Shown here in pieces: positions 1 through 9,490 of a stretch of DNA of 64,000 nt. Under the pieces are notes generated by a model. It was not told where the DNA came from, searched no databases, and saw only the letters and a list, made by a program, of their open reading frames with translations. This DNA comes from Schmidtea nova (Eukaryota), in assembly GCA_044892505.1 (NCBI GenBank), contig CM097882.1, positions 163,184,001 to 163,248,000 on the forward strand, in the 5' to 3' direction. Position 1 is the stretch's first letter; each line of letters opens with the position of its first letter. The translations under genes and the position numbers were made by a program.

Positions 1-2
1 TT

Positions 3-1157
3 CAGAATATCTATGCCTAGAATACATTTCCTTTGACATATATCTGCTACTCGGAACACATGATCTATGGTCTGATTTTCAAAGTATACTGTAAGTTTTA
101 CGTTTCCTTTAATAGGTATAGTGTGTGAAGAAAGTGACAATAATTCATCATTTGTTGATGTGATATTTTGAAGTTGTTTTTCTGTTAGTAGATCTTCTTC
201 TATCAATGATGCAGCGGCACCGGTATCTACTAGCGCATTTAGTATTTGATTGTTTATCGTTATTTGGGTTCTTGGCCTCATGTCGTTCGCTTCTTCTCTT
301 TCTTCTAGTCCATAACATCCGTATACTTTCTTTGGTTTTCTTATCAGCGTGTGGGTGTTATAATCTTTTAGAGGTATATTAGTTTCGATCTCATTGCCTA
401 GATTTCTTAATTGATCCATGTGTATAATATATGGTCCTCCTTGCGTTGGTTCCGTGTGATCGAATTCTTCCGTATGATTATTTTCTTGATTGGTATTGTC
501 ATCTATTAGTCTTTCTTCTGTTGTCTTTCTTATTATTCTTTTGATATCTTTATCATGTTTTGCAGTTATTAAATATTTTGCAATAAATGGACATAAACAA
601 GCTAGCATTTTGTATGAATTGCCAAATACTTGTCTCAGCTGTCTTAATGATACTAGTGATGAACATATCATTTTTAGTAGTGCAATAGAATAATAGATGC
701 CGAGTATGGTTGAGAAGGTATTTCCTAGGATTGCAAAGTATCCCCATATACTATATAGAACTCGATAAACTACCTTCTTGAAGTGTTCTTTTGATAACAA
801 GATGTCGAAATTGTATTGTCCATCGTGGCTATTCTCGATAACTTTGCTTGCTATTATTGTTAGTACTTTCTCCTTTTCGTTCGGAAATAATAAATGTTTT
901 CTTGCACTTTCTATGTCTTCCTTTGTATAAAGTCCATTGTTATCAAAATCATTTACTTCTATGAATTCTAGTTTCTTATCTAGTTCTGTCATTTCTAGAT
1001 TTAGTGGTCTTATTGCTACCTTCTTATCTGACATCGTTATCCATGTTTCGTCATCTAATTTATATAGAGGGTCTAATAAGTTTGTACATTTATCTATTCT
1101 CTTAGGTATGTAGTTTTTATCTGTTAGTATCCTTGTTATGGGTTGTAAGTAGACTTT
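3..1157 (-). CDS. Polyprotein part 2, same frame after one TAG: end of glycoprotein, TM segment, aspartic protease
   Basis: Hand translation gives 385 stop-free codons: KVYLQPITRIL...GLYTKEDIE...VLYSIWGYFAILGNTFSTILGIYYSIALL (TM)...NALVDTGAAASLI...CILGIDIL. Not in the ORF track because it is open at the window edge. Confidence 0.88.
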
Positions 1158-4100
1158 CTATCCCTTATAAATAACTGGTAATTCGTTTGTACATTGTTTG
1201 TTCGTAGCTAATGATACACTGACTGGTTTACATTGAAATGTTTGGATTACTTCGCCGACAACTCTAGCAAATGCGCCTCTTTCTGAAAAGAGCATTGGGG
1301 CCATTAGATCCGGATTTGTAATTGCTAATGCCATTTTCGTTCTTAAAATTTCTCGGTTAAGCTTACAATCATTTATTATTGTTTCTTGATATACCCTATC
1401 TAATTGCATTAATTGATGGTGATAAAAATAGTCGATCTTATTATTGAAATATGATGAAAGTTTAATATCGTATTTGTTTACTTTTATTTTCGCATCTTTT
1501 ATTTCATCTCTTCTCAAATATAGACCTTTATAATTGGTTTGTATTATTGACTTTCCACATTTTATAATTTCCCCTTTACTAACAAATCTCAATGCTTCTC
1601 CTGAAGATTCTGTCATATATATTGTGGGTGTATCTTTTTCTTGGATTACAATTGTCTTTCGTTTTCTATCTCTTACTTTAGTTGATTCTGTATTTGTAAA
1701 CTGTTTGCCTTTAATTGCTGTAAATTTTAGCGACTTCAATATTGTTAGAGGACAATCGTATGGATCAACTTTATATATTACTATTGATTCACCAGTGTCA
1801 CAACTTACTTCTTTTGATGTACAGAAAGGGTGTGTCATCATTTTTTGTGTTATGCTGTCAAATGATGCTTTAAACTGTCTAAGTTCGACAATGTATTCTC
1901 GTCTTACAACGGCGTTTTTTATAATGTGTCCCCATATTCTATATTCCCCACCTTGACAATATCCTCCCTGTGAAGACCATCCAATTACATCTACTCGTTG
2001 TTTTACTCGTGCACCTACCTGTGCTTTTAGTTCGATTTCATGTATTTTTATCTTCTTTGATTGAAATGCATTTTCACACTCTTGTGGTGTTATTATAACT
2101 GTGTCTGGTGTAAATGACGGTCGGAGTATCGTCCTTGCTATATTATTACATACAAAGACTTCTTCAGAATATTTTATTACACATTCTTTTGCTTCTGTAT
2201 GTATAAAATCAGATTCTTGATAAACATAAAATATTTTAGGTTCTGTGGTACTTAAAGTGGTTGGATTAGCTTCTGGGCAATTTTCTACATCTAATAGTGA
2301 ATATTTTTGTCCCCATTTTGGATTCTGACAATCATAAGCGATCATACCTGTACTACCCTTTATTAAGTTAAGTAATATTGTTATCATCATTATTATAATA
2401 GGTATTGATAATCCATGATTACTTTTTCCTGATTTCATCATTGTTTTATTTATTATTTTCTTTAATCGTCTTTCAACTTCTTTTTCTTGGGTATCTATTT
2501 CTATGGTAGGTGTCTCTATCGGCACTGTTTTATCGTATAAGATTTGCCACCCACCTTTAGACTGTATCCATGGTATCACTTCGGGTTTAAATTTTATTAA
2601 TATTTGTTCGGCTACTCGATGTACTTGTTTCTCCGCATTTTTTATCAATACATATTCTGATCTATAAATGAGGTATGCCAATGCTGTTACTACTCTATCC
2701 CGATTGATTCCTGTTCTGAATAATATTTTCAAGACAACTTTTTCATTAACATCTTCAGTCACTAAGTTTTTTATATCTGTTGTAATTAGTTTAATTCGAT
2801 TCCCTATGTTATCTGCTAAAGATGATATGTTTGCGTTGGAATATAATCTTGGGTATACAGTTTTAATCAAATCTATAATTATATCTGTATCTTCACTATT
2901 TGTTGACATTTCGCTTGCAATCTCTCTCAATTTTTCCGCCATCCGTTTACTAGTAAACTTATTTGTTATTTCTGACTCTTGTGACTCATCTCCATCTTGT
3001 TTTATCGTTTCAAAATCCTCTGCTTCATATGTTACATCGTTTTTCTGACTCGCATCTGATATAGATATTCTTCTATCATTAGCAATCCATTCATCTAGCA
3101 TTGATTCTAATCCCACTTTAACTGATACGGTTATTATATTGTTATCAATTGAATTTATCCCATAGTCCATTAAAAAATCTTCACTTTGCATCTTTATTCC
3201 GTAAAAGTATAATACTATTTCATCATTGATTCCTATTTCGCTGTACCAATTTGCTCTGGCTATTTGTTTTATCTTTTTCACTTTTGTACAAGTATGTACC
3301 CCTTGTTTATGAATGATGATTTTAGGTGTATCTCCATTTTTTGTTTCTAATGTAATTTCCAAGGGTTCATGTAACTTCTCATTTTTTCGAACAAATTCAC
3401 TATAACATCTCAACATCTCTTTTATCTCAATTTCTAATTCAAACAACTTTGTTTCCTTTTGTCTTTGAGCCAATAGCGGTATCAAGTTTCTCAGATTCTC
3501 AAGATTTATCCCCTCTACATGAATTTTATTTAATATTCTCAATACTTCATTATCATCTATAGGGTACTTTTTTAAAGATTCGTCCAATTCTTGCTTTAAA
3601 ATATTATGTCTATCTATCTCTGCTAGTAATTCTTCATCTCTTTCTCTTTGTTCTCTTAATTCATCATTATCCATCTTAACTTCATTAGTAAAAGTTTTAA
3701 ACTCATTAATCAATACATTAATTTTATTCCTTTCAATTAGTCTCTCATATTTTGTCTTAAATTCTTGTAATTCATCCCTCAGCATCTCGATTTCATTATT
3801 GGGTTCTTTAACCTCCATACCATTTATTTGTTTCACCTCTGGCTCCTTTTTAAACTGCACTCTGTTTGGTGATTCAACTCGTATATTTCTACATGCTTTT
3901 GCCATATGACCATACTTTTGACAATTAAAACATTTTATTTCACCTCGAAAATTAATTTTGTCTCTTCCATCATTATTAAATGGGCTAGGTCTTCTATCTC
4001 GATTATACATTTGTTGATTTGGACTTGGTCGTCTACCTCTAAGATTATCTCTATTTGACCCAAAATTATATCTATTATCATCATATCTATTTCGATCAGA

Positions 4101-5150
4101 ATTGTTCCTTGTATTAAAGTTATCCCTATAGTTCCGATTATCATTAAAACGACTATTTTTATTATATCGATTATTATCAAAATAATTATCCCTATTATAG
4201 TTTAAACGTCTCTCATTATCTTTATTATATTCAAAGTAATTATTTTTATCATTTCTGGTAAATTCTACATAATTGTCATTTCGACTATTCGGTCTACCCC
4301 TTGGGCTATTTGACCTCTTATTATTTTCTGGTGATTGATTTCGACTTGCATTTGGACTCATCCTTTTTCTATTTTTAACAAAATTCAAATATAACTGCTT
4401 CATCTCTTCCCATGGAATATTATCATCTTTATCAGTTACCTCAGATTTCCCTATTTTACTCTCTAATTCTACTGCATCAATTGTTGCGTTAGATCTATCT
4501 CTTTGAATTGCTTCAATTCTTCGAGCTTTCTGAACTAGTTCGTTTAAATCTTCATATTCGACCATTATTAATGCCTTGTATAAATATTTTTGAATTCCAC
4601 TCCAAAATTGATCCTCTATTAATTTCGCAGTATGTTCTCCTACTCCAAAAGCTTTTCGAGCTAACTCGGTCAAATTATACACATATTCTCCAATTGTTTC
4701 TCTGCTACCTTGGTATCTATTTCTAAATTTTTGTACATTAATTTTCTGCAAATCTCGCTCAATTACAATTTCACCTCTTAAATTGTTGACTAAGTCTTCC
4801 CAATTTCTACCCTTACATTCTAAATTATTATATGCCTGCAATGCATAACCCTTTAAATATAATGGAATTCGTCTTTTTAACTCATCTTGTGTCCACCCAC
4901 AAGCCTCTGCGTATTGTGCAATTTCATCAAAAAAATCATCAAATTTCTCAGGTTCCCCTTTATACGGTTCAACTGGTAATGTCTTTATTAAAATATTACG
5001 ATTAACGTTATCAGCATCTCTATTTTGCCAAATATTACGAAGGTTATCATTATTTTCATTATTATTCGCCATTCTATATACTATTCGATTTCTTAGATTA
5101 TGCGCTATCTCTAGATTATTATCAATTTTAGAATTTTTATTATTACGCAA
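1158..5150 (-). CDS. Polyprotein part 1: Gag, zinc knuckle, coiled coil, ubiquitin-like, Bcl-2-like, TM/signal segment, chuvirus-like glycoprotein ectodomain
   Basis: 1330-aa ORF (first ATG at 5072). Ubl ~3111-3329; BH3-like LREIASEM 2907-2930, BH1-like FRTGINRDRVVTALAY 2673-2720, BH2-like WIQSKGGW 2547-2570; hydrophobic segment 2347-2412; glycoprotein starts MIAYDC (2329-2346) and contains GEVIQTFQCKPV and CTNELPV. Confidence 0.85.
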   Translation of the reverse strand: MRNNKNSKIDNNLEIAHNLRNRIVYRMANNNENNDNLRNIWQNRDADNVNRNILIKTLPVEPYKGEPEKFDDFFDEIAQYAEACGWTQDELKRRIPLYLKGYALQAYNNLECKGRNWEDLVNNLRGEIVIERDLQKINVQKFRNRYQGSRETIGEYVYNLTELARKAFGVGEHTAKLIEDQFWSGIQKYLYKALIMVEYEDLNELVQKARRIEAIQRDRSNATIDAVELESKIGKSEVTDKDDNIPWEEMKQLYLNFVKNRKRMSPNASRNQSPENNKRSNSPRGRPNSRNDNYVEFTRNDKNNYFEYNKDNERRLNYNRDNYFDNNRYNKNSRFNDNRNYRDNFNTRNNSDRNRYDDNRYNFGSNRDNLRGRRPSPNQQMYNRDRRPSPFNNDGRDKINFRGEIKCFNCQKYGHMAKACRNIRVESPNRVQFKKEPEVKQINGMEVKEPNNEIEMLRDELQEFKTKYERLIERNKINVLINEFKTFTNEVKMDNDELREQRERDEELLAEIDRHNILKQELDESLKKYPIDDNEVLRILNKIHVEGINLENLRNLIPLLAQRQKETKLFELEIEIKEMLRCYSEFVRKNEKLHEPLEITLETKNGDTPKIIIHKQGVHTCTKVKKIKQIARANWYSEIGINDEIVLYFYGIKMQSEDFLMDYGINSIDNNIITVSVKVGLESMLDEWIANDRRISISDASQKNDVTYEAEDFETIKQDGDESQESEITNKFTSKRMAEKLREIASEMSTNSEDTDIIIDLIKTVYPRLYSNANISSLADNIGNRIKLITTDIKNLVTEDVNEKVVLKILFRTGINRDRVVTALAYLIYRSEYVLIKNAEKQVHRVAEQILIKFKPEVIPWIQSKGGWQILYDKTVPIETPTIEIDTQEKEVERRLKKIINKTMMKSGKSNHGLSIPIIIMMITILLNLIKGSTGMIAYDCQNPKWGQKYSLLDVENCPEANPTTLSTTEPKIFYVYQESDFIHTEAKECVIKYSEEVFVCNNIARTILRPSFTPDTVIITPQECENAFQSKKIKIHEIELKAQVGARVKQRVDVIGWSSQGGYCQGGEYRIWGHIIKNAVVRREYIVELRQFKASFDSITQKMMTHPFCTSKEVSCDTGESIVIYKVDPYDCPLTILKSLKFTAIKGKQFTNTESTKVRDRKRKTIVIQEKDTPTIYMTESSGEALRFVSKGEIIKCGKSIIQTNYKGLYLRRDEIKDAKIKVNKYDIKLSSYFNNKIDYFYHHQLMQLDRVYQETIINDCKLNREILRTKMALAITNPDLMAPMLFSERGAFARVVGEVIQTFQCKPVSVSLATNKQCTNELPVIYKG

Positions 5151-5320
5151 AAATTTCTTTATTGTCCGTTATCAAAAATTATCTCAGTATCCGGATTAGT
5201 TTTCGTTTAAAATACGTGTCCAATAATTTTATATAAATAAATCCCGATATCAATTAATATAATCCTCTGATCGCAATTCTTATCCCCCGAATTCAATTAA
5301 TTTGTTTAAATTTAATTTAG

Positions 5321-5338
5321 TCCCGGTTCGCGGCACCA
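5321..5338 (-). promoter_or_regulatory. Primer-binding site, tRNA-Phe-like or His-like
   Basis: Minus strand reads ...CCTCAACA-TT-TGGTGCCGCGAACCGGGA: LTR-terminal CA, 2-nt spacer, then a TGG-initiated 18-mer. tRNA identity is uncertain. Confidence 0.75.
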
Positions 5339-5340
5339 AA

Positions 5341-5700
5341 TGTTGAGGTTCCAAGAATCTCAACTTGATGAACTTATATAAATAAGTCAAAGACTGGTTC
5401 TTTTCTAAACTTTATTTAAGTTATAACAATTTACAATTTTGATAAAAATTAAACAATTACCTCACAAAATATATGTATCAATTTCAAACTTATATTTTAT
5501 ATATGTATAGATGCGTGTGTGTGTGAATATTTGCAGCTTCCTGAGCTCGGATGTGTAAATAGGTATGCTCAAATTATGTTGTAATATCAATTTATTGAAT
5601 TTACAACTCTTCTTTAAAGCTTTTGATTTTTGGGTGATTTAACTGAAAAATCAGTCAGTTTATATACTAAATTTTAAGGCACTTAATCTGTCAATAATGA
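5341..5700 (-). repeat. 5' LTR of the Bcl-2/Env element; inner boundary at 5341, outer boundary not determined (end coordinate is a placeholder)
   Basis: TGTTG at 5341 (CAACA on minus) next to the PBS; AATAAA on the minus strand at 5411-5416. The second LTR is outside the window. Confidence 0.55.
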
Positions 5701-6530
5701 TTGTTATTTTGCCTCTTGAGTTGATTGAAATTGTTTTTGAAAATAGAGTTGTTTTCAAAACAGAATTGTTTTCAAAATTATTTTTTAACCTTGAGATATT
5801 ATTTCATTTTTCTGACCTTGTAGGTCAGAAATATAATTTATTTAAACAAACAGTAATTTATTTATTTTTAATTTATTTAAACAATCTGTATTATTTATTT
5901 ATTTATTTTATTATTATTATTATTTATTGAATTAAAATATTAAAATATAAATGAAAATATAATCCATTTTCCAAATAGTTAAAAAATTAATTTACATAAA
6001 ATATTTTCAACACAAAATATTTTTTCAAAATTATATAAAATTTTGTCCATCACCATAAAAATGTCAATAAATGTTCGCAATATCACAAATGATAAATTGT
6101 CAAATTATAAATTGTCATGATGATAAATTGTCATTACAAAAATTAATTTTCAACAATATTTTATTAACAGAAACAAAATAAAATTATCCCATAAAAATAA
6201 AAATTGCCAGATAGTCATCACATAAAATATTATCATATAAAATCACTAAAATCATAATGTCATTGAATTTGATATTTTCCATTGTCTATCTATTTTAAAA
6301 AAATACATCAACAAATAAAATCAATTATTCATATCATCAATTATCAAAACCAATAAAATAAAAGAAAATGTTATCACAATCAAATGTAGTTCATCAAGTC
6401 AAATTATTATCATTGTTGGCCTGGGTTCTGATTGTTGTTATCCACATACACATTTAGTCTGTACTTATTTGCCCCTATTGTATAATTTTCATCTATCTCA
6501 AAATTTTCGACTATCTTCCCTGTATCTAAC

Positions 6531-7057
6531 ATTAATTACAAAACACGTGTGCATTACAAACACACCAACAAACTAATTTTATAATCAAGCCATTTTTTAG
6601 GAAATTAAATTTTACTTATACTTTATTACAATGAAAACTCAATAAATTTATTTTATATACACGAAAAATGCAAAATTAATTACAAAACACGTGTGTATTA
6701 CAAACACACTAGCAAACTAATTTTCTAATAAAGCCATTTTGTAGTCATTTAAATTTTATACATATAATATTACAAGGAAAACTCAAAAAAGTTATTTTAT
6801 ATACATGAAAATGTAAAATTAATTACAAAACACGTGTGCATTACAAATACACCAACAAACTAATTTTCTAATCAAGCCATTTTATAGGAAATTAAATTTT
6901 ACTTATACTTTATTACAATGAAAAATACATAAAGTTATTTTATATACATGAAAATGTAAAATTAATTACAAAACACGTGTGCATTACAAACACACCAACA
7001 AACTAATTTTATAATCAAGCCATTTTATAGGAAATTAAATTTTACTTATACTTTTAA
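6531..7057. repeat. Tandem repeat, 143-144 bp unit, about 3.7 copies
   Basis: ATTAATTACAAAACACGTGTG recurs at 6531, 6675, 6818 and 6961. Confidence 0.93.
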
Positions 7058-7441
7058 AATCAATTTTTATTCACATGTTCGAAGCATTTTTAATAATCAT
7101 TGAGCTGTTGTTTTTGAACAAACTTTTGTAATTTTATAATTTTTGAATTCTATGAGTTTCGATTTTAATAAATCAATAGTTATTCACATCTTGGGTCCTG
7201 ATCTAAATGATTATATTGATCGATGAGCCTTTAATTTAACGATTTTCATAATTTCCATTTGGCTTGCAAGTTTTGGCGAGATACGAAGTTGTTGCGAGGC
7301 GAAGATGAGTAACGAGCTGGATAATATTGGATGAAGTATCGATATGTTTTATTGAGTTATAATTTTGCATTTCATTTTGTCCCAGATAATATAATTCAGA
7401 TACATTACAATATTATAGTTCGAAATCATTAATATAAACAT

Positions 7442-7612
7442 CCTTGCCCTTGGCCAAGCCACTGTTCCCCAGTTTGGATGAAGTGAATATGGATGTTTGG
7501 GCGTCACCTTAAGGCGGAAAAATGGGCTGGTCAATTACGAATCGAACAACGATCCGCCCAGGCTACTTCCATCAGTACAGCACGATACCGGACTGATGTC
7601 AGATTGTCTGGG
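7442..7612 (-). other. Module A copy, GC-rich, candidate structured RNA
   Basis: CCTTGCCCTTGGCCAAGCCACTGTTCCCCAG...GGCTACTTCC on +; hairpin TCGATT/AATTGA pairs better on the minus strand. Confidence 0.55.
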
Positions 7613-9253
7613 AGCACAAATAAAATGTTACATATTTATTTAATAAATAATCTATAAATGACATTTTTATGTCTATAATGGAAATCTGTGACAGTGTCGA
7701 AAAGGAATTTCTTAAAAAAATATATAATAATCAAAAGATGAATATAAAATTAATATTTTCATAAAAATTAAATATGTATAACAATAATACTACAATTAAT
7801 AATCAATAAAAAAATTTACTGGGTACCGGGTGATTGAATGGGCATGACTTTTCGATGACCCCGCACTAAATAAGAAAAATCTTTTTACATCCTCTAACGA
7901 ATTGATTGTCTTCTGAATAAAAATCAGGAATCTTTTCTTGAAAATTCTAATCTCTCCTTCTAACAAATGTTTATGGATGTTGTGGAAATCTTTTGCGTAT
8001 CTGATGTCTCCAATAAAACGGAACAAAAATTTTCTTTCTGCAAATTCTTTACGAAAATATGATAAATTATCAGTAGATTCTAAGCAAATTCTGTTCTAGC
8101 GTCATTTTGATGGCCGTATATATACAATTTTTTGCATGCTATTTCCATTGACGTATTAAAACAAATTGTTCTAGAAGGAGTTTCTAATTTTCTTGAAATT
8201 AATTTCAACAATTTTCCGCAAAATCTAATTAATATTTTTACATAAAATTTTCCATAAAACTTTAAATAATTTATTTCAATCCAAAATTTTACTTTTGAAT
8301 TAAAGTTTATTCTAATTTGATTTAATTTGTTACATTTTCGATCAAAATCATTTTCTTTAATATTTTTAAGAAATTTTTTGATAAAATCGCAACTTTCCTT
8401 CTGAAAATTGTTGATCTTTCCACCTTTGAGATTTGGGTTATTATATGGGTTTGCTATGTAAACTTTCAATGTGCTTTTAGTCCATTCTAGTTTTTGGCTT
8501 GGTTCCATTTTGCCACTTTGGTTTTAATTGATGTTTTGGTTAAATTGGAATCTTGCGCGCTCTCTACTTGTGGTGTTACCGCTTCATTTAAACAATATTT
8601 AGTTTTTGTCCAACACCAAGTTTAACCCGTCATTAGCATAATGTTCATATTACTATTACGAGCTACACTCATTTGTAAAATTTCAATTTTTTATCTTAGA
8701 ACCACGATAATTATTAAATTCACAATCACAATACCATACAACAGTAAATAATCACATTTTACACATTGAAAATTAAAAAGTCAGGAAACAAGTTGATATA
8801 TATTTAACTAAATAAATTACAATTATTCTTCAAATAAAAAAGAAAATTGAAAAATAAATTACTCCTTTGCAATTAAGTTTAATAGTAACTCCAAACTTGA
8901 TGAATTTTCGGGAAATTTCCAAATTTTAATTGACCTGAGAAATTGAGTTGAAACCCTGTAAAGCTAAAAGGTAGAATTAATGAAACCTTCAAATATTATT
9001 ATACCGACCATTGCATAAAAATCAAAGCTCGAATAAAGCACATGGGGCTTCCCAGATGAAATTTTTGGACAACGGAAAAGTGATGTCAGAAATCAATAAA
9101 TATATAATGGGATTTGAATTCCCAATATATATATATATAAACGAACCAATAGGAATAAGTTTATTTTTGAAATTCGTCTATATAGATTTCCTAAATTTGC
9201 AAATTTTTCGTTTCAAAGGATGAGGGAGCGGGGGAAAATCTGATTTTGTAGCT

Positions 9254-9490
9254 GGTGGGTTGTTGATCGTCAATATGACCTTGACGTTTCTATGGCTCTC
9301 ATCAACAACTCAACACATAAAACATTTAAACTACCATCTTGTTACCCGTCACTATGTAACGTTGGTACTGTAACAAGTGGGTGGGTATTCGCAATCAGTG
9401 AGCGTCGTCAATACGAAACTATGATTGACCGAATATCTCCTGAGTCCAAGGGCTACCGATAGAAGGTTTAATGCCCGTTTTGTCCCTTCT
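9254..9490. other. Module C copy, multi-hairpin, candidate structured element
   Basis: Stems GGGTTGTTGAT/ATCAACAACTC, CGTCAA/TTGACG, CTTGTTAC/GTAACAAG, CAATCA/TGATTG. Confidence 0.55.

Larger units (their letters stand above)
1..5340 (-). mobile_element. Ty3/Gypsy-type LTR retrotransposon with accessory Ubl, Bcl-2 and envelope domains; internal region, continues beyond window start
   Basis: Gag capsid-like motifs (LPVEPYKG...ACGW...LYLKGYA), CCHC knuckle CFNCQKYGHMAKAC (3891-3932), protease LVDTGAAAS (DTG 219-227) and ILGIDIL at the window edge; PBS-like 18-mer 2 nt from an LTR end. Confidence 0.9.

Noticed and set aside
1534-3048. Plus-strand ORFs 1534-1956 and 2668-3048
   Set aside because: Antisense shadows of the long minus-strand polyprotein.
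8080-8508. 142-aa K/I/N-rich ORF in the modular repeat as a real gene
   Set aside because: Homologs at 13.1-13.6, 56.6-57.1 and 57.3-57.8 kb have stops and shifting frames; kept only as part of the repeat.
9261-9312. Hammerhead-like reading of module C reverse strand (TTGATGAG-AGCCATA-GAAAC-GTC)
   Set aside because: No stem II, A15.1-U16.1 cannot pair, and GAAA is GCAA or GTAA in the other copies.
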